Positions 20,501 to 29,261 of a DNA stretch of 64,000 nucleotides are shown here, piece by piece. The stretch's first letter is position 1. The number at the start of each line of letters is the position of its first letter. This stretch comes from an uncultured Thermoprotei archaeon (lineage in GTDB: Archaea > Thermoproteota > Thermoprotei > Thermofilales > B15-G2). The translations under genes were made by a program, and so were the position numbers. The notes beneath the pieces were generated by a model. It was not told the origin of the DNA. It saw only the letters and a program-made list of their open reading frames with translations, and did not search any database. Where the stretch lies: the NCBI GenBank assembly GCA_965367815.1, contig CBDUKN010000007.1, positions 49,669 to 113,668 of the forward strand. Reading direction: 5' to 3'.

Positions 20501-22134
20501 CAATGTCGCTAATATCACTTACATCAATTACGACGCATACTGTTCTAAAAACATTGAGTATTACTGCTGAGCCTAGTTATACAGGGCTTTTAGCTAGGTA
20601 TGTCTCTTATGATACCTTGCCGGAATCGTTTGTGGAGTGCCTAAAGGTGTTAAGTGAAGAAGAAGTAGCTAGACGTGCCTGGCTTTATGGGCCTATTGAA
20701 GGATCGACTCTATGGGGAGAAATACCTGTAGAGTATGAGGGTAAGAAAGAAACTGTAAGAGCTATAGTAGGCTTAGATGAAGTAGACGGTAAGGTCTTAG
20801 GCATAGAAGCCGCTACTATTTATAGAAGATGGAGTGAGCTTTTCCGCGAAATATCGCCCGACGTAATATCTTGTATAATAAACCGTAAGCTCGCAGAATT
20901 CCTTGGCATAAAGTCTGTGCCTGCGAAAGTAAAAATATGGGGCATTGACTTTATAGTAGTCGATATATTTGATCCAGCTGCACTCGGTGGAGTAAGAGAT
21001 ATTGATAATGAGCCTATAGCTCCTTTCAATATATGGTCTACTGAAGCAGGGGCATCTGGCATCGTTGTTACAGAGAGGCTTCAGTGGGATACTATTATAA
21101 TTATTCCCTACAGTGTCTTAGAAAAGTTCCCTGGCTCTATAAGAGCGAGCACAGCTGTTGTAGGCGAAGACTACACGAAACTAGATAAGTTTGCCAGAAT
21201 ACTCGCGGAAATGACCTATAACATGTATCTCTTTGTCTCTGACGGAAAGAAAGTGAAAGGATATGTTTCGTTAGTAGGTCTCGCTGCTAGAGGATGGTCA
21301 TTCTTACTACCGGCTATAGTTATAGCTTCGCTTATAATGTTCAATATGATGATTTCTCTAGTACAGCAAAGAACAAATGAAGTTAAAACTCTTTCAGCTC
21401 TAGGTCTTGCTCCACTACATGTTGTTGGCCTCTTCTTCTCTGAAGCTATAGCCTATGCGCTCATAGGAGGAGTAATAGGATATACTACCGGTATATTTGT
21501 ACTCAAGGCTTTGACACCACTAATGGGCCCCGGCTTCTATCCCAATTACACTTCAGGTGCAGTAGTGTTAGCGATAGCACTTTCATTTGTCACTGTAATA
21601 GTACCCTCAATTATTCCTGCCTTCAGAATGGGTGCTCTCGTAACACCATCGCTTGAAAGAAAATGGAAGATTACTACTAAACCTAGAGGAGATATATGGG
21701 AAATTCCTACGCCGTTTAGAGCAACTAAGGTAGAAGCTCCCGGCGTGCTTCTTTATGTTAAAGAGTTTCTCGATGCTCATAGAACAGAAAGAGCCCATAG
21801 ATGGTTTGCTTCACTTGAAGAAGCTAAAATAACCTCATTTGAAATGGAGGGTAAAAAAGGCTATGCGCTTAAAACTAGAGTAATGCTCTATCCATGGGAG
21901 GCTGGACTAAAACAGGAAGTTGAAATAGCTGCGTTACCAGAAGACGGTATTTCTCGATTCACTGTAGCGCTGCGCCTCGAGTCAGGGCCAAGAGAAGTCT
22001 GGATACGTTCCAACAAGGCGTTCCTAGATATCCTTAGGAAGCAGTTCTTATTATGGAGAAGTATTGTTCCTTCTGAGAGAAGAGAATACGTTAAGAAGGC
22101 TTTAGATCTTGTGGGCTTGAAGGAGGGTGAGTAG
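17533..22134 (+). CDS. M28-peptidase-like (PA-domain) / FtsX-like permease fusion, 1533 aa
   Basis: Signal peptide; SRLTGYPG, PA domain (GKLLYLGKG..GARAVIF), NVVA..G, LAAYID, TGHWEG; later TMs, MacB-like domain, FtsX motif QQRTNEVKTLSALGLAP..FFSE; VTPS tail. Confidence 0.8.
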   Translation: MMVINSKKAFTLIFIIVLSVVIATVPEATVSRRETINWEDLEAFLKNFNYSKVLKHIEYFGSLDSRLTGYPGAWEALRYIYSELELYGYDLVYFQNFTTVVPVVREAYIEVKSGETVSKFKVYPVWPNLVQTSPTGPEGISGKLLYLGKGDLESIKGIDIKDAIVLLDYNSGDNWVKLAELGARAVIFIEPLSTNRFESFNKFVYVNLYFPRVYVDRKTGIELKKLCEKDAATARLILDYSMEEVVSANVVAFLKGKGSTNDSLVLAAYIDDWSPVPELASHYDSACGAAVLLEVARLLAKSKPELNVIVVFFTGHWEGLCGPRAFVEEVLEVFADRTLQNHPIWNQSVPKTFLSLDLSTGSSSVALLHSGGFYHVAGPSIFEECVDMFRGMDFLLREYGRSNRLADLVKKYSGRAPEIYYQLIDQSGGAYVEAGELEYFTPVPYKYIADVEPWLQAGLPGYTLFTAFDYRFTWFTPLKERVHFNPDNLKPQAYYVAALSYIYSNVVTSDYPPRRVWGPTRYYFPGPFAPFVPGFTKMRGQVVVYLPISPRQYEPLMNETIVAIVDSEDQYNIFNYIFLKTKPNGTFVVHGLAIDRGGGARTYMARLYVIDYKNKGRILYTNDYGKYGAEAIYTTRTFSVREGVYGWPQPLRFVVFKCASITMFSVTFPQGMLDLYNYMSIYKTLQARDVSVIVREFTSHSEVYHYGYEVDPMSRILVVYVKPEERIEIEVHVRSQEGPIYLTILLLNASEKYPEGAGYYLNEPGESLVLLKSTLHYVENFYWLSRYRIDLAARFGVFDAESQRSLRMLEEWRNLTKKYLEEKDYSKAYYASLIAWAWAQKLYYSSRGLIQGSSTTTVVYFVMLIPFAFVLERLLFEFYEGRKRLLTIACIFAIFIVLMWLNHPGFHLVASMPTLLLGFVILTISVVIGFLLYTDFQGVMWRVRKKTLGVHFVEVSRWDVMVSSLYYGVVNMKRHKVTSLLTLTAIVIITMSLISLTSITTHTVLKTLSITAEPSYTGLLARYVSYDTLPESFVECLKVLSEEEVARRAWLYGPIEGSTLWGEIPVEYEGKKETVRAIVGLDEVDGKVLGIEAATIYRRWSELFREISPDVISCIINRKLAEFLGIKSVPAKVKIWGIDFIVVDIFDPAALGGVRDIDNEPIAPFNIWSTEAGASGIVVTERLQWDTIIIIPYSVLEKFPGSIRASTAVVGEDYTKLDKFARILAEMTYNMYLFVSDGKKVKGYVSLVGLAARGWSFLLPAIVIASLIMFNMMISLVQQRTNEVKTLSALGLAPLHVVGLFFSEAIAYALIGGVIGYTTGIFVLKALTPLMGPGFYPNYTSGAVVLAIALSFVTVIVPSIIPAFRMGALVTPSLERKWKITTKPRGDIWEIPTPFRATKVEAPGVLLYVKEFLDAHRTERAHRWFASLEEAKITSFEMEGKKGYALKTRVMLYPWEAGLKQEVEIAALPEDGISRFTVALRLESGPREVWIRSNKAFLDILRKQFLLWRSIVPSERREYVKKALDLVGLKEGE

Positions 22135-22136
22135 TT

Positions 22137-24071
22137 ATGGGGAGGTTTAGGTTATTCAATGAAGAAGAAGGATTAACTTGGAGGTCGTTTTTAGCAATAG
22201 TGTTTTCAGCGGTAGTAATACTTCCTATACAAATTTACATGACTCTAGCTACTCCAATATCAGTAGCTTGGCCCGCTGTAATTCTATTGCTCTTCACTGA
22301 GCTTGCCTATTTCTTCCACTCGCCTCTATCCAGACAGGAGGGCTTCATAATATATTTCGTCTCATCAGTAGCTATAGGAGGATCGGTACTCGTAGAGGGA
22401 ATGATACCTTTCCTTAACTTCCCCTACCGCGTATACATGGTTCAAAGCCCCTACTTCAAGGCACTAGGCTTCGATAAAGAGGTGCCCTGGTGGTTTGTTC
22501 CGCCTATATCTTCAGAAGCTATACTGAAGAGAACTCTGCTTCACCCAGACTGGCTATTCTACATAGGACTGCTTATCTTAGGCTTCATCATATATCTCGG
22601 CACAATACTGCCTATGACCTTCATATTAGCTCAGCTCTACATAGAAATAGAGAAACTGCCATTCCCTATAGGAAGAGTACAAGCCGAGACAATAATCAGC
22701 TTGACTGAAAGAGACCCTGAGAGATTCGATAAATTCATACTGTCAGCAGTAATAGGAGTAATATATTCACTCATCCTCTACGGCTTCCCAATAATAACGC
22801 TAACATTCTTCGGCAAAGCATTTTCTGTTACAGGGTCTATGATATGGTCGTTCCTCGACTTGACTCAGGCACTACAAGTAATCATACCGGGAGCAATCTT
22901 CGGCGTATCGCTAGACCTCCTCAACGTAGCTTCAGCATGGGTCATTCCCTCTTACCTAGTGATTACAGCAACTATAGCATCTATACTAGCCTATGTTGTC
23001 GGAAACGCTATTGCGCTAAAACTTCCGCTAGATATATTCAAGTGGTGGCAACAAGACTGGTTCCCTGGAGCAGGACTAGTCTGGCTCTACCAGCGCTCGT
23101 ACTTTGACTTATGGCTTAGTGCTTACATAGGTGTATCGATAGCTGCCGGTATAATGCCGTTTATCCTCGAGTACAAGAACTATGCCAGAGCTTTCTCTAA
23201 TCTAAAATCTCTCCCCGAGAGCGTGAAGAAAGCAGGGTACATATCGCTGACTCCTCTTCTCACAGTATACTTCCTTTCCGTAGCCGCCTCAATAGCGCTA
23301 TTCAAGTATCTTGTGCCTAGATTCCCCATAATACTGCTTCTGCCTTTCGTTGCCTGGGGCTTCATATGGCCTTTCATCAGCGCCTGGTCTATAGGTATGA
23401 CAGGATTTGCTCCAGCCCAGCCCCCGATGCTCAGAGAGGCAACTATTCTCTTCAGCGGATACAAGGATCTAGATGTATGGTTCGCTGGATGGGTTGCTCA
23501 GCCAGGAAATGCTCCAGGAGTAATAGTGAATGCATTCCAAGTAGGCTACTGGTGTGGAGTAACTCCGAAAACATACCTCAAGGCGGCTTTCATGGCAATG
23601 CCTCTGCTCTTCATATTCTCGCTAATATACGTCGACATGTTCTGGCGCATGGCTCCAATGCCCTCAGCCTTCTACCCATGGATCGAGGTAACGTGGCCTA
23701 TTTCTGTGCTAAACTGGGTTATCTGGCCTACATTCGTGAGAAAAGGCTTCCTGCCTACAATAAGCTCAGAGTTTATAATAGGGTTCTTCTTAGTATCAGC
23801 GATTCTCGCAGTGGTCTTAAAGATACTTAAGCTACCTCTAGCAGTGCTAATAGGTGTTCTCTGGGGAATTACTTCTATGCCTCATCCGCTAGTAGGAGCA
23901 ACAATAGGAGTAATTGTGGGCAAGATACTCGAAAAGAAGCTTGGTAAGGAAAAGTGGGACCGCGATAAAGTAGTCATAGTAGCTGGCTTAACTCTAGGAA
24001 ACGCTGTAGCAATAGCTTTCGCCGCCTCGTTGCTACTAATATCGAGGTCGCTATGGGCTCTACCATACTAA
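22137..24071 (+). CDS. OPT oligopeptide-transporter-superfamily protein
   Basis: GLTWRS, LSRQE, EIEKLPFP, PMPSAFYP, VAGLTLG motifs; ~16 TMs; 2 nt after upstream stop. Confidence 0.72.
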   Translation: MGRFRLFNEEEGLTWRSFLAIVFSAVVILPIQIYMTLATPISVAWPAVILLLFTELAYFFHSPLSRQEGFIIYFVSSVAIGGSVLVEGMIPFLNFPYRVYMVQSPYFKALGFDKEVPWWFVPPISSEAILKRTLLHPDWLFYIGLLILGFIIYLGTILPMTFILAQLYIEIEKLPFPIGRVQAETIISLTERDPERFDKFILSAVIGVIYSLILYGFPIITLTFFGKAFSVTGSMIWSFLDLTQALQVIIPGAIFGVSLDLLNVASAWVIPSYLVITATIASILAYVVGNAIALKLPLDIFKWWQQDWFPGAGLVWLYQRSYFDLWLSAYIGVSIAAGIMPFILEYKNYARAFSNLKSLPESVKKAGYISLTPLLTVYFLSVAASIALFKYLVPRFPIILLLPFVAWGFIWPFISAWSIGMTGFAPAQPPMLREATILFSGYKDLDVWFAGWVAQPGNAPGVIVNAFQVGYWCGVTPKTYLKAAFMAMPLLFIFSLIYVDMFWRMAPMPSAFYPWIEVTWPISVLNWVIWPTFVRKGFLPTISSEFIIGFFLVSAILAVVLKILKLPLAVLIGVLWGITSMPHPLVGATIGVIVGKILEKKLGKEKWDRDKVVIVAGLTLGNAVAIAFAASLLLISRSLWALPY

Positions 24072-24104
24072 AGCGTTCAAAATATTTTTGATAATCTTTT
24101 AGTT

Positions 24105-24152
24105 TCAGACTGTGGCGTACTCTTCATCTATCTGTTTTCCGAGCTTCATCAT
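24105..24152 (-). ncRNA. Box C/D guide sRNA
   Basis: Minus strand reads ATGATGA-AGCTCGGAAAA-CAGA-TAGATGA-AGAGTACGCCACAGT-CTGA (C, D', C', D). Confidence 0.75.
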
Positions 24153-24213
24153 CTTAGTTTTGAGTATCTAACCGTAACTTTTACTATACTAACCTAAATA
24201 ATAATTATTAGTA

Positions 24214-25371
24214 ATGCCTGCTGTAGCAGATTTACCTTTACATACAGGCACTGTTCCGCCCTGGCTAGCTTCCCGTATGATTAAGCTGACTGAGATAGTT
24301 GTAAGACTTCTCGTAGAAGAATATGGTACTGTAGGTGTTCTTGAGAGATTATCTGACCCTATTTGGTTTCAGGCACTAAATAATCTAATCGGAATGGACT
24401 GGGATAGCTCTGGATCGACGACAGTTACCTGTGGAATACTTAAACAGGTTCTTATTAAAGAAGACTTCGGTATTAAAGCAGCTGGAGGTAAGGGAGATAA
24501 AGCTAGGGCAACTCCTTCCGAACTCAAAGAAATCTGTAGCAAATATAGCTTAAATCCAGATAAATATATTCAAGTATCACGTATTGTAGCAAAAGTAGAT
24601 AACGTTGCTCTACAGTGTGGATATACTCTATACCACCATATGTTTTTCGTAGACAAGGAAGGCAACTGGACTATAGTCCAGCAGGGAATGAATGTTTCTA
24701 CGAAAATGGCTCGAAGATACCACTGGTTCTCGGGACATTTAAAAGACTTTGTTGTAGAGCCTCATAAGGCAATAAGCGGAACTAAACACAGCTACGCGTT
24801 CAATACTATAGCTAGAAGAATAGATGAGTTTAGAAAAACAGTAGTAGATTTAGCTAAAGAAAATGCCTCAAAACTCGAGAGAGAACTCAAATCAGTTCTT
24901 GCACTCGCTAAAGGAAATACTCTACTAGCCTACTACACGCCCTATAATCCTGAAGAAGCGAGAAAGAAAGTAAGGAAGTATATAAGCTTGGGGCCAGTAG
25001 CGCTAAATAGGAAGGCTTTAATTGAGGCAAGAGAACTCGCAGTGTCTGATTTCAAGGAACTGCTTTTAGTTAAAGGACTCGGTCCAAGCACTCTCAGAGC
25101 ACTAGCTCTTGTAGCAGAGCTTGTATACGAAACACCTCCCTCGTGGAAAGACCCCGTAACACATCCAATAGACCCCTTCAAGTACGCTTACGCTGTAGGA
25201 GGAAAAGACGGAGTACCCTTCCCAGTAGACAAGAAGACTTACGATGAGCTTCTCTCTTTTCTAGAAGCACTGCTAGCTAAAGCTAGAGAACACAGAAAAA
25301 TATTCCTCAAAAACATGGCTAAGATCACTAAAAACTGGTCTCCTCCACCAGAAGACAAAATTCCAACATAA
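24214..25371 (+). CDS. DUF763 family protein
   Basis: ADLPLH.G.VPPWL, GMDWDSSGSTT, AKVDN.ALQ.GY.LYHH, QQGMN...ARRYHW, GGKDGVPFPV; HhH-like KGLGP. Confidence 0.88.
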   Translation: MPAVADLPLHTGTVPPWLASRMIKLTEIVVRLLVEEYGTVGVLERLSDPIWFQALNNLIGMDWDSSGSTTVTCGILKQVLIKEDFGIKAAGGKGDKARATPSELKEICSKYSLNPDKYIQVSRIVAKVDNVALQCGYTLYHHMFFVDKEGNWTIVQQGMNVSTKMARRYHWFSGHLKDFVVEPHKAISGTKHSYAFNTIARRIDEFRKTVVDLAKENASKLERELKSVLALAKGNTLLAYYTPYNPEEARKKVRKYISLGPVALNRKALIEARELAVSDFKELLLVKGLGPSTLRALALVAELVYETPPSWKDPVTHPIDPFKYAYAVGGKDGVPFPVDKKTYDELLSFLEALLAKAREHRKIFLKNMAKITKNWSPPPEDKIPT

Positions 25372-25395
25372 TATTCGACTCAACTAGAATATCCT

Positions 25396-25433
25396 TATAT
25401 ACTTCATTCGAGTATATTCGAGTGAAGTATATA
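25396..25433. repeat. 38-bp near-perfect palindrome directly upstream of AAA/DUF4143 gene
   Basis: TATATACTTCATTCGAG-TATA-TTCGAGTGAAGTATATA: 17-bp stem with two G:T wobbles. Confidence 0.8.
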
Positions 25434-25436
25434 TAG

Positions 25437-26873
25437 GTGACTCGAGTGATCTCGAAAACTATCGTAGAGCAGAATCCCTGGTGGAGAGTAAAAGATTTCG
25501 AGAGATTTGATTATGATTTAGAAAAATACCAAAAAATGATAGTACATTTCAGTAGAAAAATACCGCCACTCGCCAAAGGGAGAACATATTTTATTAAAGG
25601 TCCTAGGAGGTCAGGAAAGACTATTTGGCTGAAATTATATATTAAGCATTTAATAGAAAATGGAGAGGATCCATTAAGCATATTATATTTATCATGCGAT
25701 AGAATACCTATAGTAAACTATGTTCAGTTAATGAATATTATTAGAGAATACTTAAACATATATAAAAGAGAATCAAATTTTATTTTAATAGATGAAATTA
25801 CTAGAGTAAATAAATGGAGCTATGCGCTGAAGGGACTAAAAGACTCCGGAGTACTGGAGAACTGCATAACAGTAGTCACGGGGTCAATACCCTTACTACT
25901 GACTAGAGGAGCAGAATTAATGCCTGGAAGAGGTGTTGAGGGAGGAGAATACTACTTAACGCCAGTGTCGTTTAGAAAATATATTGAAGCACTAGCTAAC
26001 GAGAAAATAAGAAGAATTCTAAAAGAGAAATCTTTTTCATTAGATGAAAGTATAGAAAAAATAGCTAAGAAAATTTCAGAAACATTGCCCTATATTACAG
26101 AAATAGATGAAATCTTCTACAAGTATCTTCAAACAGGCGGTTTCCCTGAGGTAGTCGATGCTTTTCTCAGAAAAGAGAAGCCTGTAGAAGAAGCTCTTGA
26201 AATACTACTAAACTATATTTTAGGAGATATAGCTAAAGAGAATAGAGATCCAGATATAGCTAAAGCAGTATTAATAGAAATATCAAAAAACCTATCAAGC
26301 ATAGTAACTTATGCTACATTAGCCAAAAAAATAGGAATATCGCTAGATACTGTTAAAGATTATATAAAAATACTAGAAGAAATGCTAGTAGTAATTCCTC
26401 TCGGGAAATTCATTTTTTCAAGTAAAACAAGCACTCTAAAAGGAGGAATAAAAGCTTACTTTACAGACATAGGCTTCTACTACGCTATAAAAACATTTAG
26501 CGAAGGAAAATTATACAGTCAAGTAGTAAATGAAACATTAACAGTAGAGAAAACTCCGATCATAGTAGAAAACATAGTAGTATCACATATAGTTCAGCAC
26601 GGAAGAATACCTAAGCTAAGAGAACCAAATACTTTCATAGGCTATATAAAAAATAAAAAAGAAACAGACATACTGTATAAGAGACAAGACGGAACATTAG
26701 TAGAAATCGAAGTAAAGTATAGGTATAAAGTCAAACTGCCTCCTGTTAAAAGAGCGAAAGAAGTAATAATTATTTCAAGAGACTCTTTTAGCTATGACAA
26801 AAATAAAAAAGTGCTTATAGTTCCTGTTTCAGTATTTCTCGCATTACTTAAAGATTGTGAAAAAAGTCTATAG
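25437..26873 (+). CDS. AAA_14 ATPase with DUF4143, winged HTH and PD-(D/E)xK-like tail
   Basis: GPRRSGKT, LIDEI, VTGS, GGFP, LAKKIGISLDTVKDYI (HTH), YFTDIG, EN, ETD...EVK. Confidence 0.85.
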   Translation: MTRVISKTIVEQNPWWRVKDFERFDYDLEKYQKMIVHFSRKIPPLAKGRTYFIKGPRRSGKTIWLKLYIKHLIENGEDPLSILYLSCDRIPIVNYVQLMNIIREYLNIYKRESNFILIDEITRVNKWSYALKGLKDSGVLENCITVVTGSIPLLLTRGAELMPGRGVEGGEYYLTPVSFRKYIEALANEKIRRILKEKSFSLDESIEKIAKKISETLPYITEIDEIFYKYLQTGGFPEVVDAFLRKEKPVEEALEILLNYILGDIAKENRDPDIAKAVLIEISKNLSSIVTYATLAKKIGISLDTVKDYIKILEEMLVVIPLGKFIFSSKTSTLKGGIKAYFTDIGFYYAIKTFSEGKLYSQVVNETLTVEKTPIIVENIVVSHIVQHGRIPKLREPNTFIGYIKNKKETDILYKRQDGTLVEIEVKYRYKVKLPPVKRAKEVIIISRDSFSYDKNKKVLIVPVSVFLALLKDCEKSL

Positions 26874-27677
26874 CCTACATAAGTTATTTAAATATTTTGT
26901 ATCTCTAATTAAAATATCTTTTTTCTCTAAATCACTACATCGTCCAAGAGACTCGTCTTCAATAGTTAAGTCTCCGTTATATCCATGTCTTTTTAAAATG
27001 CTAACTATTTTCTTCAAGTCGACGTCTCCTTCGAAGAGAGGAGACATAGTTACGTCACCTGGCTTACGCCAAGCTTCTTTACGCTCAGCGACAGCGTTCT
27101 TAACATGAGTGTGTTTAACTCTATCGGCAAACTTCTCGACTATCTCGTAGACTTTGCTCAGCGGATATCCATACCAGTAAAAGTTACCTGTATCGAGAGT
27201 CAATCCAAGAAAAGTTTCCGGAAACTCTTTAAACAAAGCATCCAAGTACTCTTCTCTATTAGAAACATAGCCGTGATTCTCGATAGCTAATACTACGTCC
27301 TTTACTTTATCTTTAAGCTCTTTAAGCCAGTCAATTGACGCCCGAATACAGTCTTCTAAACTATAGCCTTCTACTTCCTTTACAATAGTATCTACACGAA
27401 CTACTCCTAATCCAAGCCTATGAGCTATATTGACTGCTTTAACCACATAATCAGTTTCCATAAAATCATTGGCAATAAGTATAGAGTTTACTTCAATATT
27501 CTGTTCGCTTAGATATTTCTTAAAACTGCTTAACTCGTATTCAAGATTATGGCCGCTGAAGACTTTAAAGTCTCTAGGCAAGTAAAGCTCAATACTATTT
27601 ATTCCAAGTACACTAAGTCCTTCTTCAACAGAACCGAATACGTTCTTTAAAATAATGTCTCTACAAGCAACGTACAC
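26868..27677 (-). CDS. Sugar phosphate isomerase/epimerase (xylose isomerase-like TIM barrel)
   Basis: LAIENHG, LTLDTGN, HTHVKN, GDVD, GYNGDLTIE metal-site pattern. Confidence 0.85.
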   Translation of the reverse strand: MYVACRDIILKNVFGSVEEGLSVLGINSIELYLPRDFKVFSGHNLEYELSSFKKYLSEQNIEVNSILIANDFMETDYVVKAVNIAHRLGLGVVRVDTIVKEVEGYSLEDCIRASIDWLKELKDKVKDVVLAIENHGYVSNREEYLDALFKEFPETFLGLTLDTGNFYWYGYPLSKVYEIVEKFADRVKHTHVKNAVAERKEAWRKPGDVTMSPLFEGDVDLKKIVSILKRHGYNGDLTIEDESLGRCSDLEKKDILIRDTKYLNNLCRL

Positions 27678-27762
27678 GAAATACTCTCAGTTCAAGCAAA
27701 TATATTACTAAGCGCGGCAAATCGCTAGAATTCTTTATAAGAATTAAATCAAAGGTTAATAA

Positions 27763-28977
27763 GTGTACATAAAGCAGTATGAAGACCTATTGTTTAAAAT
27801 TGTCGAAGAATACGGCACACCGGTCTATGTTTATTTTGCTGAAATACTGTTAAATAACTTTAATAAAATAAAAACTACTGCCGAAAAATATTTTAGAAAA
27901 CCATTAATAGCTTATGCTTATAAAGCTAACTCAAATATACACTTGTGTAGACTATTGCATGAGAAAGGAGCTGGAGCAGAAGTAGTTTCGCTGGGAGAAA
28001 TTTTTCTAGCAATGAAAGCAGGCGCCAGTAAAGTAGTTTTTAACGGAGTATCTAAATCAGTTAACGAAATAGAATACGCAATTAAAAATAAAGTGTGGTT
28101 AATTAATATAGAGAATTTAAGTGAACTAAAATACATTAACAATTTCTCTAAAAGAAATAATAGTATTCAAAAAGTAGGGATAAGATTCAACCCAGGTATC
28201 GAAGTAAGCACACATAAACATATCGCTACCGGAGGCAAATTAAATAAATTTGGTTTAGATTCAAAAGATTTCATTAAAGCAGTCGATATCTCAAAGAAAA
28301 TGAATAATGTAGACTTGTGTGCTGTACATTTTCACATAGGATCACAGATATTTGAAATAGAGTCTTATGTAAAGGCACTTGAAGAAGTTCTTAACTTAAC
28401 TAAAGAAGCAAAAATAGACTTAAAGGTAGTAAATATTGGCGGAGGCTTCGGCTACTCTTATGAAACAGGAGAAATTCTCAATCTAGACAATCTATTTGCA
28501 GAGATAGCTCCTATACTGAAAGACTTTCTTGAAGAAGAGCCCACAGTCGTTTTAGAGCCGGGCAGAGCTATTGTAGCTTCAGCAGGAATCCTGTTAACTA
28601 AAGTAAATTATGTTAAAGAAGTCTATGGCAGAAAATGGATACTAGTAGACGCTGGCATGAGTGATTTTATTAGACCTGCTCTCTATGGAGCAAAACATAA
28701 AATAACAGTACTAGGCAAGAGCGAGCCCGTAGAAAAATACTCCATAGGAGGGCCGGTATGTGAGTCAGCCGATGTTTTTGCAGAAAACGTAGAGCTCCCT
28801 AAAGTAGTGCCGGGAGACATAATAGTTGTACATGATGTGGGAGCATACGGCTACTCCATGTCAAGTAACTACAACGCTAGACCCAGACCCCCAGAAATAC
28901 TAGTTAAGGGGAGAGAAGTAAAGCTTATTAGAAGAAGAGAAAGCCTAGAAGACTTGCTAAGATTAATGACGATTTGA
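27763..28977 (+). CDS. lysA: Diaminopimelate decarboxylase
   Basis: YGTPVYVY, YAYKAN (PLP Lys), KFG, HFHIGSQ, NIGGG, EPGR, RPALYGA, GPVCESAD, GAYG..SSNYN. Confidence 0.88.
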   Translation: MYIKQYEDLLFKIVEEYGTPVYVYFAEILLNNFNKIKTTAEKYFRKPLIAYAYKANSNIHLCRLLHEKGAGAEVVSLGEIFLAMKAGASKVVFNGVSKSVNEIEYAIKNKVWLINIENLSELKYINNFSKRNNSIQKVGIRFNPGIEVSTHKHIATGGKLNKFGLDSKDFIKAVDISKKMNNVDLCAVHFHIGSQIFEIESYVKALEEVLNLTKEAKIDLKVVNIGGGFGYSYETGEILNLDNLFAEIAPILKDFLEEEPTVVLEPGRAIVASAGILLTKVNYVKEVYGRKWILVDAGMSDFIRPALYGAKHKITVLGKSEPVEKYSIGGPVCESADVFAENVELPKVVPGDIIVVHDVGAYGYSMSSNYNARPRPPEILVKGREVKLIRRRESLEDLLRLMTI

Positions 28978-29025
28978 AGTAATTATGACAGCAACCAAAT
29001 AAAGACCGGTTTATACTTAGTTAGA

Positions 29026-29074
29026 GTGATGAAGGATTGGCTTACTGAAAGCTGATGAAGGTGCGAGATTCTGA
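29026..29074 (+). ncRNA. Box C/D guide sRNA
   Basis: GTGATGA-AGGATTGGCTTA-CTGA-AAG-CTGATGA-AGGTGCGAGATT-CTGA: four near-canonical boxes, two 12-nt guides. Confidence 0.9.
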
Positions 29075-29161
29075 TACCAGTTTCATCAGTATTCAATACT
29101 TTGAGAATTTTGTCCGAAGCTCAAACTACAGCAACAGTATTTTGAAACAATAGAATAGCGG

Positions 29162-29222
29162 TCTGAAGCGAGGTCCCCACCAATCATCCGAGTAGTCAGC
29201 GCCCGTAAGAATTCTTCATCCC
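29162..29222 (-). ncRNA. Box C/D-like guide sRNA (variant boxes, long guides)
   Basis: Minus strand GGGATGA-AGAATTCTTACGGGCG-CTGA-CTACT-CGGATGA-TTGGTGGGGACCTCGCTT-CAGA; AT-rich TATA-like tract ~25 nt upstream. Confidence 0.62.
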
Positions 29223-29261
29223 ATTACTTTAATAGAAGATTCGGGCTTATTTAGTTTATTA

